Of a DNA stretch of 64,000 bases, positions 45,227 to 58,117 are shown one piece after another. The number at the start of each line of letters is the position of its first letter. Positions within the stretch are counted from its first letter, which is position 1. The stretch covers positions 1,488,001 through 1,552,000 of the forward strand of contig NW_026515670.1 in assembly GCF_025526975.1 (NCBI RefSeq), written 5' to 3'. The DNA is from Fimicolochytrium jonesii (Eukaryota). Both the position numbers and the translations under genes were made by a program. Below the pieces are notes generated by a model. That model ran no database searches. It had not been told where the DNA came from and saw only the letters and a program-made list of their open reading frames with translations.

Positions 45227-47368
45227 TCAACTCCCCCACGGCTCCCTCCCTGCATACTCCCTAGCCGGCATAACATACGGCCACACCGCACGCAAGCCCC
45301 CACCACCATGCCCATCTCCCCCCACAACAACCCCATCAGCATCAACAGGCACAAGAACCCCCAGTTCCCAATTATTGATATCAATCGCCGTCCCACTGCG
45401 ATTCGGGGCCAACTTGCCCCACGCCGAGAGGGTCGTGTTGTGCGAGCCGCAGTAGTACCAGCCGATCGGTGCTGTTTGCGTTGGCGGTTGCAGTGTCGTT
45501 GTTGATGATGCAAACTGTGGCGTCCCTGGTAACTTAAACCCCGTCTCTGCAACCGTAGCCGGTAAACACACCATCATCTTCGCATGGGAGAGCACGCCCT
45601 GGCGCGTCGAGATCGAGTCGCGGAAACAGCGCTGCGGATAATGGTGCTTTTCCCAGTATCTGCGTTGAAAGGTGATTGTTCCCGCGCCGGGTGCACCGTA
45701 GGTCGAGCTGAGTACGGTTTCTTTTGTAGGGAAGAGGATGCGGACGTGGGTGAGTGCCGTGTCCTCGTCCTCATGGCTGGTATGCCGATGCGGGTCCTTC
45801 CCACAAGCGGCGCGAAGCATCTGCGTGAGCCACGAAAGAGTCGTGTCACCGAGGGATGATGTAGCGGCCGTGAGCGTGCTTTCACTCGGTGAGAGATGCG
45901 GGATATGCAGCTCGCGCACGCAGTGGGCGAGTCGGAGCATGCCGTAACTGTGCAGGTCGTCGCCGGCGTGGGTTCCTGGTTTGGAGAAGACGAGATTGAC
46001 GGCTGCGAGGGAGAAGTCGGCGTGGGCGAGGAGAGCGGTGATTGTGGATGGGATTTCGAGAAGGGTGAGGATATTGGTGAGGTCGAGGGCGAATTGGGAT
46101 GTTGCGTTTTCGGGACGAGGGGTGGGCGATAGGGGGAAGTCTTGGGCCCAGAAAACCTGCGCATCGGAGGGTGTAGACAAATCAAGATCAGCTTCTATCC
46201 CTTGATGATAGCCACCGCTCGGGAGGAAAGCAGTGCTCACATCGGTACATACATTCTCCAGTTGCACCCAATCATGATTCACCAGATTCGCGGACGGGAC
46301 AGCCACGCGCAAGAACCCCGGGTACCACAACACAAGCAGCTTGACATGCATACAGCAATACTTCCTCCTGCGGGGCGGAAATACCCAATACATGTTGTAT
46401 CCAGGGTGGTACTGCATCGGAGGGGGTTCCAAGATCTCCATTCCATAGGGCCGGACAATGTATTTCTCGGTCGTGCGGTTGACTTTCGCCATCAGCCACT
46501 GGTCGTCGATCTGGAAGGCGCTGAATATCCCGCGTTGCAGGTGATGTCTGTCCACGAGTTCCTCGAAGCGGGTGTATCGAGGATCCGCCGGTCCGTCCAC
46601 CTGCGTCATTCCGATGTGGCCGTGGGGGTATCTCATCGAGTACGCCGTGCTGCTGCTCTGAGTAGATGCCGGTTGATTAGCAATGCTGGGAGTCGGTGCA
46701 TTCGCAGCCGGATTTCCAACGGCCGAACGAACTGATCCTGAGCTATCGACCTTGACTTTCTTCGCAGCCCTCTCCAACCGCGCACGCTCTAGCTCTACCC
46801 TATCTACCATAGCATTCAGTGAGAACGATGCTTGTGCAGAGCCCGCCGACCCTTCGGCCGACGCGCCGCCATTAACAACAGGGCGATTCACAGGCCCAGC
46901 TTCCGCGGCGTCCTCCACATCCCTCTTCCTCTTCAAATCTCCCATAACCCCGTTCCCCGCCCAACTCGACTTCCCACCCTGGGGCACCGAACTCGAACTC
47001 GAACTCCCTCCCCCTCCCTCACCCTCCCAAACAGCATCCGCAAACCCGTCAACACTCTCCTCCAAAGACGCCTTCAAAGCCCGCTGCAGATCCGCATCCT
47101 CCCCGTCGTCAGCGTCAACGAGATCAATAACCTCTACCACCTGTTTGCCTTTGCCGTTCGTGCGTGCTCGGGGCGAGATGGGTGCGGCGGGGGTTAGATC
47201 TACGATATCGGGATCGTCGTCGTCGGGGATGGTGTAGATTGAGGTGGGAGATGGTTTGGAGGTGTGAGATGGTTTGACTCGCTGTGTGCCGCACACCTCG
47301 CAGGCGGGGAGGGCGGGGATGCTGTCGTTTATGTAGGTGCAGGTCTTGCAGGTCCAATTGGCAGCCAT
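45227..47368 (-). CDS. TDP1: Tyrosyl-DNA phosphodiesterase 1-like protein with RanBP2-type zinc finger and UIM
   Basis: Two HxK motifs (CMHVKL, LSHAKM), SANL, GSHN..SAWG, INNWELGVL. N-terminal WTCKTCTYIN..CEVCG and DADLQRALKASL. Probable in-frame intron at 46157-46252. Confidence 0.9.
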   Translation of the reverse strand: MAANWTCKTCTYINDSIPALPACEVCGTQRVKPSHTSKPSPTSIYTIPDDDDPDIVDLTPAAPISPRARTNGKGKQVVEVIDLVDADDGEDADLQRALKASLEESVDGFADAVWEGEGGGGSSSSSSVPQGGKSSWAGNGVMGDLKRKRDVEDAAEAGPVNRPVVNGGASAEGSAGSAQASFSLNAMVDRVELERARLERAAKKVKVDSSGSVRSAVGNPAANAPTPSIANQPASTQSSSTAYSMRYPHGHIGMTQVDGPADPRYTRFEELVDRHHLQRGIFSAFQIDDQWLMAKVNRTTEKYIVRPYGMEILEPPPMQYHPGYNMYWVFPPRRRKYCCMHVKLLVLWYPGFLRVAVPSANLVNHDWVQLENVCTDVSTAFLPSGGYHQGIEADLDLSTPSDAQVFWAQDFPLSPTPRPENATSQFALDLTNILTLLEIPSTITALLAHADFSLAAVNLVFSKPGTHAGDDLHSYGMLRLAHCVRELHIPHLSPSESTLTAATSSLGDTTLSWLTQMLRAACGKDPHRHTSHEDEDTALTHVRILFPTKETVLSSTYGAPGAGTITFQRRYWEKHHYPQRCFRDSISTRQGVLSHAKMMVCLPATVAETGFKLPGTPQFASSTTTLQPPTQTAPIGWYYCGSHNTTLSAWGKLAPNRSGTAIDINNWELGVLVPVDADGVVVGGDGHGGGGLRAVWPYVMPAREYAGREPWGS

Positions 47369-48026
47369 GGCTGTGGAATGGGCAACCTGCCCGGTGGGTT
47401 GTGACCGAGAGAAGGCTGGTGAGGTGGGGAGAGGTTGAGGTTGAGGACCCTGCGCGTGTTATGAGGGTGAGTTTCACGCGTGGGGAGCGGGCTTAGCAGG
47501 GCATATGCACAGTACCAGAGGCCTCCAGACTCTCCCGATCCAACGCTACGACACTAGCAACCGCTATGGATGCTGGATATGTCGATGTTCGCGAAAGGAT
47601 TCGAGTATCTGCTCAATGCGTTCGGTTGACATATACAGTATGAGACCTCCGTGTCCGCAACGGCACGCCTTCCAATTCACAGCCGAGAATGCTTCAATCA
47701 ATCAAAAATCCATTTGCATTCCGTTCCAGGCCACAGTATGAAATAAGGCAAATGCTCCAAAAAAAAAAAGTAGATCCGCCAGACTTGCAAATACGATGCA
47801 GTCGTTCCGTTCGCTTAGATCCCTCCCTCGCTGCCCCATGCTCCTCCCTCTGTCGCGGTATAAACGGCGTGGTATCAGTTTGATGTGTTTCAGTCCAAAA
47901 ATGTCAGCGTCTAGTTTCCTCCCTTCCCTCGTCAAGTCACCATATCCCAGCCGCACTCTCTCCCTCTTCCCTCCTTCCCTTCCCACCCCGCAGGTCCTAT
48001 CCCCATTCCAACCCTCTCACATCTCC

Positions 48027-51000
48027 TCAAGACAACACAACAGCCGCGCCCCCTGCAGCCTTCGCAGCCCTCGCCGCCTTCACTCGCGCATTATCCGCCA
48101 ACCTCTGTTTATGCACGAGCGTAAGTCTCGACTGGTGCGAGTTGGCGACGGTGGTGCGGCGTGCGGCGCGCGGTTCGGCGGTGTAGCCGGGGATTCGGAG
48201 GTTCCAGTTTCGTTCTTTTGGCAAAGTGATGTGTGTCAGATGAGGAATTTCAAAGCATTGGAATGAAAGCGGGGCGGAATAAACGTACCTAGTTCGAATT
48301 GGAGGTCTTTGACACCAACGGAGGAGTCGCCGCGATGTTTCGCTGCTTTTGAGGCGCGACCTACAACATCCAACAAGAAATCGTCGGCGAGCCGCAGGAA
48401 GAACTGGGTAGCAAGATGTGTTGTTGGCCACGATCACACAACGGGAGAAGGGAAGGTTCGCACAGAAAAACCACCCACCTGTTCAGCTTCGGGCTCCAAC
48501 CGGTGCCTAGGCGCAATCTGCTCCATCAACTCATTCAGCTTCCTCTTCCCCAACCCCATCTTCCCCACCGCCGGGCTCCCCACAGCCGTCGGCGGCTTAC
48601 TCGGCTCCGCATCCAAATCCACATTCGGATCCGCCACCACCGCAGCCCCCGTGCTAGGCCCATGCGGCGCGGTGTCTCCGGGTGCAGGGGATGCTTTGCG
48701 CGGCACGAACCGCTGGATCTTCCCGATCCCGTGCGTGAACTGGTTTTTGAAGAAATCGGGCGTGAATGGGTTGTTGGGGTTGTAGAGGCCTTCGTCTTTT
48801 GCGGTTGGTGTCCAGCCGTCGTTGGGGTCCGGACCGCTGTCTGGGAGTTTTTCGAGTTTGGGGCCTACGAGAGCGGGTTGGTGCGGTTGTTGGGATTGTA
48901 GTTTGATGGCTGCTGCGTTGGCTGGTTGTTGTTGTTGTTTGACGGCTGCCAGTTGCTGTTGCTGAGATTGTTGCATGGGCTGCACCGCTGATGGCCGTGG
49001 TTGCGCGATGGGCCGGACGGCGCCGGGGACGGATTGTGGCCGCGCTCGTGCATTTCCGGGGAAGTCTGGCCGCACGGTGCCCGCCGGCGACGCGGTGGGG
49101 CCTCTTGGTCTCGCTTGCATAGCCGCCTGCTGTGCCGCAAGGGCAGAGGGCACCTGCGCCGGGTTTCCCATGAGGTTTGCAGAAACAGCCGCCATGCTTG
49201 CGGCATGTGTGGTGTTGGGCTGAACCGACACGCCCTGCGGAATGACACCCATTGCCGCTGATAGGTTCCCCTGCTGCTGCATCGCCGCCTGTGCAGCTTG
49301 GCGCATCCGCATCTGCTGTATCTGCTGCGCCGTCAGACCTGACGCCGCCCCGCCTACTGCTCCTGCCGCCTGTCCTTGCATTTGTGCCCGGGCCCTGGCT
49401 TCCATAATCGCTCGCTGACGCAGTTGCAGATTGTGCATGTCTGCGGCTGTCATTTGCTGAGGGCGCGCCCCGGGATTCTGTATCATGGCCGGCCGGCCCC
49501 CCTCGGCGGCTCCCATAGCTTCGCGTGTTTGAGCTGCGATAGTCTGTTGAGCGAGAAGGGCATGCGATGCGGCTTGTTGCTGCAGCTGTTGGTTTTGTAG
49601 CATGGTCTGTTGTGTTTGGGCGCCTCGTCCAGCTTGTTGCTGTTGCTGCTGGAGTTGCAGCTGAGCCTGCTGTTGAGCGTGCACAAGTGACGCAGCCAAC
49701 GTCGCCTGTGCGGTTCCAGCCGGGGCTGCAGCCTGCTGTTGTTGTTGGCGCTGCTGCATTGCCTGCAACTGCGCCAAGGAAAGCCCACGGGCCAGAGCCT
49801 GCTGCTGCAATAGAGCTGCTTGCGGGTGAGCCGCCCCCGCTGCCTGTCCAGCTTGTCGTGCCGCAGCAATTTGACTTAACCGGTGTTGAAGAAGCTCAGC
49901 TTGACGCCGCAAACCGAATCCTCGAAGGTACTTGCTGAACGCTAGGGCCACATTCGGTGGGGCGCTGTCCCTCAAAGCCTGAATACTAGCATTCTTTGCA
50001 TTGACCTCCTTTTCCAGTTGCGATTTCAGTTGCTCCTCTCCAGGCGGAAGAGCGTTCACTTTGGTTTGCAGGTTGAACCGTTCCCCAAACATGCTCGTCA
50101 GTTCCTTGAATTGGGCGGCGTCCGCTGCACTCAATCCCCCTACCAATTGAGCAATCTGAGACTGGATGACTTTCAGCTCCTGCTGAAACTGCGCCAAATT
50201 CATGGTAGGAGCTCCTCCACCCGCAGCTCCCGCGTTGTGGACTACAGCAGCCGCAGCGGGAGCCCCCGGTGCGCTGGTACCCACCGCGGCCTGCATGTTC
50301 GGATTATGCTGCTGGGTGTGCGCTGCCGGAGAGGTCATTGACATTCCGGCACTCGAAGGGGGAAGCTGGCGCGGCATCTGTTGTTGGGTCGTTTTGTTTG
50401 CCGTATTCTGTTGCGCTCCATTGCTGGCTGCAGGTAGTTGGTGCAATTGAGCGAGCGTTTGGGCCTGCTGTTGCGCGAGGGTTTGAGCCTGTTGTTGTTG
50501 TTGAGCGAGGGATTGAGGTTGCTGCTGAGCGACTGTCTGGGCCTGCTGTTGTGCGAGCGTCTGGGCTTGCTGCTGCTGATGTTGCTGCTGCAGACGCTGC
50601 TGTTGCTGTTGTTGCAAGTGCTGCTGTTGAAGTTGTTGCTGTGGTGTTGACATCTGCATCGGCCGGGTTCCCCCAGCCCCGGCTGCGGCTGCCTGCTGCT
50701 GCTGCAGCAGATGTTGCTGAGGCTGCTGGTATTGAACAGCGGGTCTCGGTCCCTGCTGCTTGTTGAATAACGCCATCGCCTGATGCTGCAGAAATTGTTG
50801 CTGCTGTACCGGACCCAATTGTTGAAAGAATTGCTGCTGCTGTGGGTTGAGGTGGGCCATCAACTGCTGAGGTGTGATCTGCTGAGGCTGCTGCTGTTGC
50901 TGCTGTTGTTGTTGATGCTGCTGTATCAAGGCCGCCTGCTGCATCTGCTGCTGCTGCATGGGGGTCAACTGCTGCCCTTGAGTCTGCTGCCGTGGCGTCG

Positions 51001-51436
51001 GCGGCTGCTGTTGCTGCTGTTGTGCTCCCTGCGCGGCGTTGGCAGCGGCCTGCGCCCTCTGCGCGGCCTGCTGGGCCAAGTGAGCTCTAAGTAGTGGCTG
51101 AAACTGCGGATACTGCTGGGCAATCTGCTGCATATGCTGCGGGTTTGACATCGCCATCCGAAGGAACTGCTCTTGCTGCTGCAGAGGAATGGCTTGCGGG
51201 AATATTTGCGAGGTCTGCATTTGAGGTGTTCCGGCGGTCATACCGGGCTGAACAGCTGGCGAGGCGTTGACTGCATATGCTCCCGGTGGTAGCGACGTTC
51301 CACCCGCACCAATGTACTGCTGCTGCTGGCCATTTGCGCTCCCAGCTCGGCTCATCGCGGCCATATGATGCTGCTGTTGTTGCGTGTTGGGTGTGCCTCT
51401 GCCCGCGTTCGGCGTGGGAGGTGGTCGTGGTGACAT
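48027..51436 (-). CDS. TAF12: TFIID/SAGA subunit Taf12 with a long Gln-rich N-terminus, multi-exon
   Basis: Histone fold spread over exons: KRKLNELMEQI..LEPEAEQ|..LADDFLLDV..AKHR..VKDLQFEL|ERNWNLRIPGY. Confidence 0.88.
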
Positions 51437-51988
51437 ACTTGCTGTGAGCGAAACTCTCTCTGACCAAAAACTCCAGGAGGGAAGTGCGTCCGGTATTGGT
51501 CGTCGATACCTGTGCTGTGCAACAGCGAGTGATGAAGGACCGTGAGGCAGCCGGCTGTCTTTGGTGTATATGAAGTCAGACGGCGACAGTTTGTGAGTTC
51601 CCAGCGAGCGGAACGAGGCGCACAAGGTGGGAACTCTGAAGGAACGTGAAGTCATGCGCGTCCTGTCAGTTCGTTCCCTCGCTGTCATTTTGCGCTTGCA
51701 ACCAAAAGGTTAACCCCCGGAGAGTTTCCCCCCCATACCCACTTCTTGAACTCCGATGCCTTCAGGATCATGCTTCATTCGGCCCATGGCGAGATACTGC
51801 AATGCATGCTTGAGTTTAGCTGATATGGCTTACAGCATGCGCACTAATCTATGTACAGTACATCAAGCGCTACCCCGTTACGCCGCCCGAAAATGAACGA
51901 ACTTCCTTTACTGATGATTAAAAGAAAAGGAAGAATGCTCATGCGTCTATATCTAACTCTCCTCACCATTATCTCCCTACTGACGAGA

Positions 51989-54900
51989 CTACCTCCCCAA
52001 CAACAGAAACCAGCGATTACGCGTACTTGCCGCCTCCCTACGCACAACGCGTTTAGGATCGTCTAGCGCCACGTTCAGCCGCCGAAGCACCTCGGGCTTG
52101 TGCGGGAACAGCAGCGCATAGTCGAACTTCTTGGGCAGCTCGCCGAGGATCTTGAGGGCGGTGACGCGGACGGCCTGCGTTCGAATTTACATGAAAATCA
52201 AAGGATCGCTCTTGGGAAACACACACAACATACCATAGTATCCCCCTCCTCCACCCCCGCGGCAGTACCAATCTTCAGCAACGCCGCCACAATCGACGAG
52301 ATCTGCGGCGCCACGACGCCTCCATCGTCCCCAATCAGCGACTGCAACGTGTCGAGGGTAGCGAGCTTCAGATCCGCGTTGGGCTGCGAGAGGGAAAAGA
52401 GGAGGAGCGGGAAGAGCTGTGGGAGGGAGTTGGAGACGATTTGTTTGGGGACGTTCTTGAGCAGGTGCGAGAGGGCCACGAGGCAGGTTGATTTTGTTGC
52501 TGGGTGCGGGGGAGGATATGGCGTGAGTGATGTAGAGATGCGGCACACAGGCCGGCGAAAAGGAACCACCGAAAAACTCACCCGCATCCCCTTGCTGGAA
52601 CCCCTGCACCAGCAACGGCACACAATGTCCAAAGAACCGTTGCTTATACAACAGCTATTGCCGCGCGCAGTAGTTCAATCCGCATGAGAAAACCACTCAC
52701 AGAATCCATACCAAACGCCCAACATCCCCAAATCTCACCTTAACAACAGCAAACCCCTTCTTCGTCAACGTCCCATCCTCCGCATCCTGCACAATAATCC
52801 CTAACCCCTTTGCCGCATCCAGCCCTGCGGGCGTCTCGAGAAGTCGCAGGACTTGCAGTGACTTTTCGAAGCCGAGGGTGTGTGCCCTGATGATTAATGC
52901 GCGGACAATCCAGGAGTAAACCAAAATGTAGACCCGTCTACGCTCGATGGGCGCGGTTTCGTCGCAGAGGGCAGACTCGAGCTGCGCCATGATCGGACCC
53001 GACGCGAATGTCGCTATTTGTGCGTCTGCGTAACGAGAAAGAAGCTCAACGTCAACACCCAGATCCCGGAGTCCTGTCCCTTCTGCACCCAAGTCCCGTA
53101 TATCGACTCACGTCATACCATTGCCGATTTTGTTCAAAATCGAAGCAGCAGCTTTAGCCAACGCTTCCGCAAACTGTGTGTCCGAACTGCGCAAGGCGCG
53201 TTCCAGCAGGTCGGCCAGGAATTGTCCAAGATCGGGGACGGGGATCGCGGTCGCTGGCCTGCAATTACAAAGCAACGCGCTGAACAGGATAGCGAGCCGT
53301 GTCTGTCTCTCTGGCGCATCAGGCTGAAGAGGTGCAAAGGGTCCCTGAGTTTGCGCCATAGCGGTGACGGTCGAAGTGCCGCCCTTGACAAAGAGCTCGA
53401 TGGCGGTGTTCAGGACGGCTTGTTGCGATCCAACATCCATCCCCCGCATAACCGCCCCAAAAATCCTCGCCCACTTCACCAAAATCCGCGGATGATTCAA
53501 CAACACCTCGCTATGATACGACGCCGTAACAACCCTCGCCAAGAACGGCTTGATGATACTCTCCGCCATATCCAGGTCAACAGTCGGATCCACAGGCGAA
53601 GTTTTCGCCGCATCTTCAATAATCGAGCGGATCGTTTTCGACAATGATTCCGCGTACTGCAGTGCGGGTTCCTGGTGATTTTGCAGGTTCCCGACACTGT
53701 CGAGCCGCTCGAGGAGACGTTGGGTGCTGGCCATTTGCAGGTCGGGGATGGAAGACAGGGCGAGAATGGCGAGGAGGACGTTGGGGACGTGATTGGATTC
53801 GGTGGGGATGTTGCCGACGGGGAGTTCACGGAATAGGGCCGGGAAAGTTTTTTGAAGTATCACCCCCGGTTTCACTGTCCCGTACGTCACGAGTGCGGTA
53901 AGTGCTTCTTGCCGGATCTCCTGGTCCTTGCCGCGCACGACGGCCTGGTTGAGTTGTTCCACCGCGACGTTGATCTCGATATCCGCGAGGACTTGGCGGG
54001 ACATCATCAGCGCCGCGAGCCCGCGGAAACCTTCCCGGCGTAAAAGCATGTACTCGCTCTCGGAGGCGCTTGCTGCGATGTAGACTTGGAATAGGCGGTC
54101 TTTGAAGGTGAGGATGGGGTTGCTGGTGACGTCGTCCATGTCCATGGTGTCTGCGTTGGTGACGCCGTAGACGATCTGGCCGGCTTTGATGAACTCGGTT
54201 AGGACTTCGAGAAGGCTTTTCTGACGGGTTGGGAGGTTTTGCATAGAGCACTGCTCTAGGAGTGGGTTCACAAGGGCGTTCAAGACGTAATGGCATGCGG
54301 GATCTAGATGGGTTGTTGAAGAAGATGAGAAACACATAGAGTGCGTGAAAACAAGGCATCCTGATGCATCGCTGCTTGACACGCACCTGAAGCAGAGGCA
54401 GCAGCAACGAGCATCTTCCCGCTCAGTTTGCCGTATTTCAGTTCCGGATCCCTAAAATTATGTATCGAGTCTTTCACAGCCAGCTCCAAGAAGGCCTCCA
54501 GAGGAGACTTTGCACTGGTCGATGAGACCGTAGCGCTGGAGAGCGCGACGGTAATGGCGTTGACAAGGGCGAGGGCTGCCGCAATGTTGTGATCATCCGC
54601 CGTCCTGAAGATCTCTTCTTTCAAGTAGTTCCACAGATGCTCCGCCTGCGGGATGAAAGCATCTGGCCCGTACACCGGCGCACACGCGGTCAACGTCTCC
54701 ATAGCATCCCGTTTCGCACTGCCGGACGCGCTCGCCAGCTTCTCAAGCAACAACGGCATCGCATACTGGGCGAACAACGGGGTCGCAGATATACAATTCC
54801 GGAGCGCGAGTTTCAGATCGTCGGCGGTGATGCCGTACACATCGTCTGGTGGCGGACGGAAGGTGATGGGGAAGTAACAGAACACAACGCTGAAGAGGTC

Positions 54901-55732
54901 TTCTGTGAACTTTGCATAGTCCAGCGTCTCAACCATTGTTCGAACAATACGGAACGCTAGCAGGAGGTTGCGAGGGTCCTTTTCCCCGTCCATGGCTTGG
55001 ATGTAGCCGGCGACGAAGTCAGAGCCCATTTGCTGGACCACTTGCAGATGGTTTCGTAATAGCAGGTCGAAAATTTCAAAGACAGAGTGCCGCACTGTTT
55101 GTTGAAAGGTCTGGACGGCTAGCTCAGTGAAGATGCTGGAAACGGATGCCGAGCGTCAGATGATCTCTCGCCCTCGTGTGTTGCCGGATTCTTAACGATA
55201 CCACCTACCCTGTCGGTATCTTCCCCGCATCTTCGGATTTCACCAATTCCGCCTTCAGTAAGGCTTGTATCCCTTTCAAGACCTGCGCTACGCTGGGCTG
55301 ATCTTGCAGGCGCTCCAGATAGAACGTCAACAGCACACTAGCTGTATGGTCGGAACTGCATGTTAGTTGTCACTGATCCGGACACGAGCGTGCACGGCAG
55401 AATCTCTCCTACCTGCTGTGGATCCAATCCGCTCGCTGGGGCAGGTCGTCAGAATCGATGACAACAGTCCAACAGCTACACATCAGATCAAAAATGGAAC
55501 TCTCAGTGATCCCTGCCCTTATCCCGCTGATGCAGAACTATGATGCATATGCCTCCCCACCTTTGGCGCGGACAAATGGGTCCGTATTCGTCAACTGAGG
55601 CCCCAGCTGCTCCACTAAAGTCAATAGTGCAACTTCGCCCGCATTGACTCCCTGCACCACCACTTCTGCCGCGTTGTCGCTTTCTGGAGATCCCACAGGC
55701 ACGCTGATATAAGTTTGTAATGCGCCCTCCAT
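51989..55732 (-). CDS. MMS19: MMS19/Met18 cytosolic Fe-S assembly HEAT-repeat protein, multi-exon
   Basis: MDGEKDPRNLLLAF, FCYFPITFRPPPDD.YGIT and C-terminal LDDPKRVVRREA..RNRW. Confidence 0.93.
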
Positions 55733-56082
55733 TATGACCCGCCGGCTCTATTCCACTTTCTAGCGACGTTGCTGTGGTTGATAGATCGTGCCCTGTTATC
55801 GCAAATGCATGCCAGGAGTGAATGAATTCGGTCAGTTCAATCGATACCAAAACAAGCAGCCTTAAAGTTTTCTTGAATGCTATTCCTACCCTCTTGAAGC
55901 TTCTAAGTCAGTGGGAGACCGTCTTTTGACTGTATATGTATATCTATATGGTGCGTACGTGCTATGCAATTGCACGGTGTGTTGGGAAGGGAGGGTCGAG
56001 AGCAGGGTCGAGAGTTGGAGTTGGAAGGGATAACATTTCCACGCTTTTGATGCGCAACACAACGACCCAGACAACGACCGCC

Positions 56083-57623
56083 ATGCCGCCCCGGCTCAAC
56101 AACATCAAGCGCACTAAGAGCACCACCCTCCTCGCCTACGGCAGCTTCCTCCTCACCGCCCTCTCACTGCTCCACCTCCCGGCCCCGGCCGTCGCAACAA
56201 CACCAGAAGCCTACCCGCAATTCAACGTCTCGGCAGCGCTATGGTCGAACGGACCGGCAGAGGCCGAGGTGGAAGGCTTCTTCTCGACAAGTGGGCATAC
56301 GAATAATTGGGCAGTGTTGGTCTGCACCTCGCGGTTTTGGTTCAACTATCGGTATGTGGGAATGGAGTGGGATGGGTGATATCGCCTTGGGTTTTGGTGG
56401 ACAAGGGCTCAAAGCTGAAATCCCACCCACCAGGCATATCGCAAACACATTGTCGATGTACCACACGGTCAAACGCCTCGGCATCCCCGACTCGAACATC
56501 ATCCTGATGCTCTCTGACGACGTCGCCTGCAATGCACGCAACCATTTTCCCGCTACCGTTTACAACAACGTCGGACGCTTCCTCGACCTCTACGGCAAAA
56601 ACATCGAAGTCGACTACCGTGGCTACGAAGTCACCGTCGAAAACTTCATCCGCCTCCTAACGGGTCGTCACGACCCCTCCATCCCGCGCTCCAAACGGCT
56701 GCTCACCGACGACCGCAGCAACATCCTTGTGTATATGACCGGCCACGGCGGCGAGGAGTTCCTGAAATTCCAAGATGCCGAGGAGATCAGCAGCTATGAT
56801 ATCGCTGACGCGTTCGGGCAGATGCATGAGAAGAGCAGGTATCATGAGATCTTCTTTATGATCGATACCTGCCAGGCGGCGTCGATGTATAAGCAGATCT
56901 ACTCGCCCAATATCATCGCAGCGGCATCGGCGTTGACGGGGCAGAACTCGTATTCGCATCATTTGGACCCGGAGATTGGCGTTGCGGTTATTGATCGATT
57001 TACATATTACAATCTGGAGACATTGGAGAGATTGCAGAATGGGGCGCAGGATACTTTGCAGGAACTGGTAGGCATGGGGCGATGTGCTCTGGGGAAGAAT
57101 CATTATGTCGCGCTGGCTGACCCTTGCTCTTGCCCTGGTGTCCCAGTTTCAGACCTACTCGGTATCCGCAATTGCATCCACGCCCGGCATCAGGACAGAT
57201 CTCTACCCGCGTGGCACCCAGAAGGTATGTCCCAGAACATATTCAAGGAGGAGAAAGCCCCTTCTCATGTCCGCTCTCCACTTTTTCCAGGCCCTAGTAA
57301 CAGACTTCTTCGGCGGCGTCCAAAACATTGAGCTCACCAAAAAGGGCTACACACTCACACCGCGCGCCTCCAGTGACATCGCTCCCTCCCGCCGCAAAGG
57401 TAAAGCGGTCCATCATCGCAAAGAGACTGCTATCGCAACAGCAACTGCATCAAAGACGGTTAGGAATAGCGCATTACCCCTCCAAGACGCCGGGCGGCCG
57501 TCCCTGGTGCCCTTCCTGGCCGGCGCGGTGGTGTGTGCGGCGCTGGTGTGGGCGGTACAGACTGTGGGGATCACTGGCGAAAGGGGGAAGGCGTATGCGG
57601 GGAGACATAGGAAGGTGCGGTGA
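56083..57623 (+). CDS. GPI8: GPI-anchor transamidase subunit Gpi8/PIG-K, multi-exon
   Basis: [23 protein letters not shown], catalytic TGHGG and IDTCQA, signal peptide and C-terminal TM segment. Confidence 0.96.
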
Positions 57624-58084
57624 TTGTTGGAGGGATATGAGGGTGGGTGCCATGTCTGTATATGCATGTAGAGCAAATTTTGGGGATCATGGCGAGGTCT
57701 ATGTAGTTTGCTTCTATGGCTTTTCTGTCAATCTGGAGTGGTGGGTTGCAATATCTTGCGCAGGCTGGTCGTCCTGCTCTGGCAAACCTCGAAGACCACC
57801 CCCGCCCACCCACTTCTTTTTCTTTCTCGTTCCATCAACCTTCATAGGGGTGCGTGTATTTCTTGCTTCTCACCTGCACGCAATGACCTCGACACATTCT
57901 TCTCCCTCGGGGAATGTCTCTCGAGCAAACGACCCTGCCGCTGGGAAGCGTGCGGCTACCCCGCTTGCAGCTCGAACAGCTGCCTTTCAAAGGTTCCACG
58001 CAGCTGCGGTTTTCCCTTTGCACTTTTTTGCTTCAGCGCCTGCTGATGTCCGACCCTTCTTGAAGATTATGCAGAGCTTGCCAG

Positions 58085-58117
58085 CTTCGGGATAGGCTTC
58101 GGGATAGGCTTCGGGAT
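58085..58117. repeat. Short 12-bp tandem repeat
   Basis: CTTCGGGATAGG repeated about 2.75 times. Confidence 0.7.
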
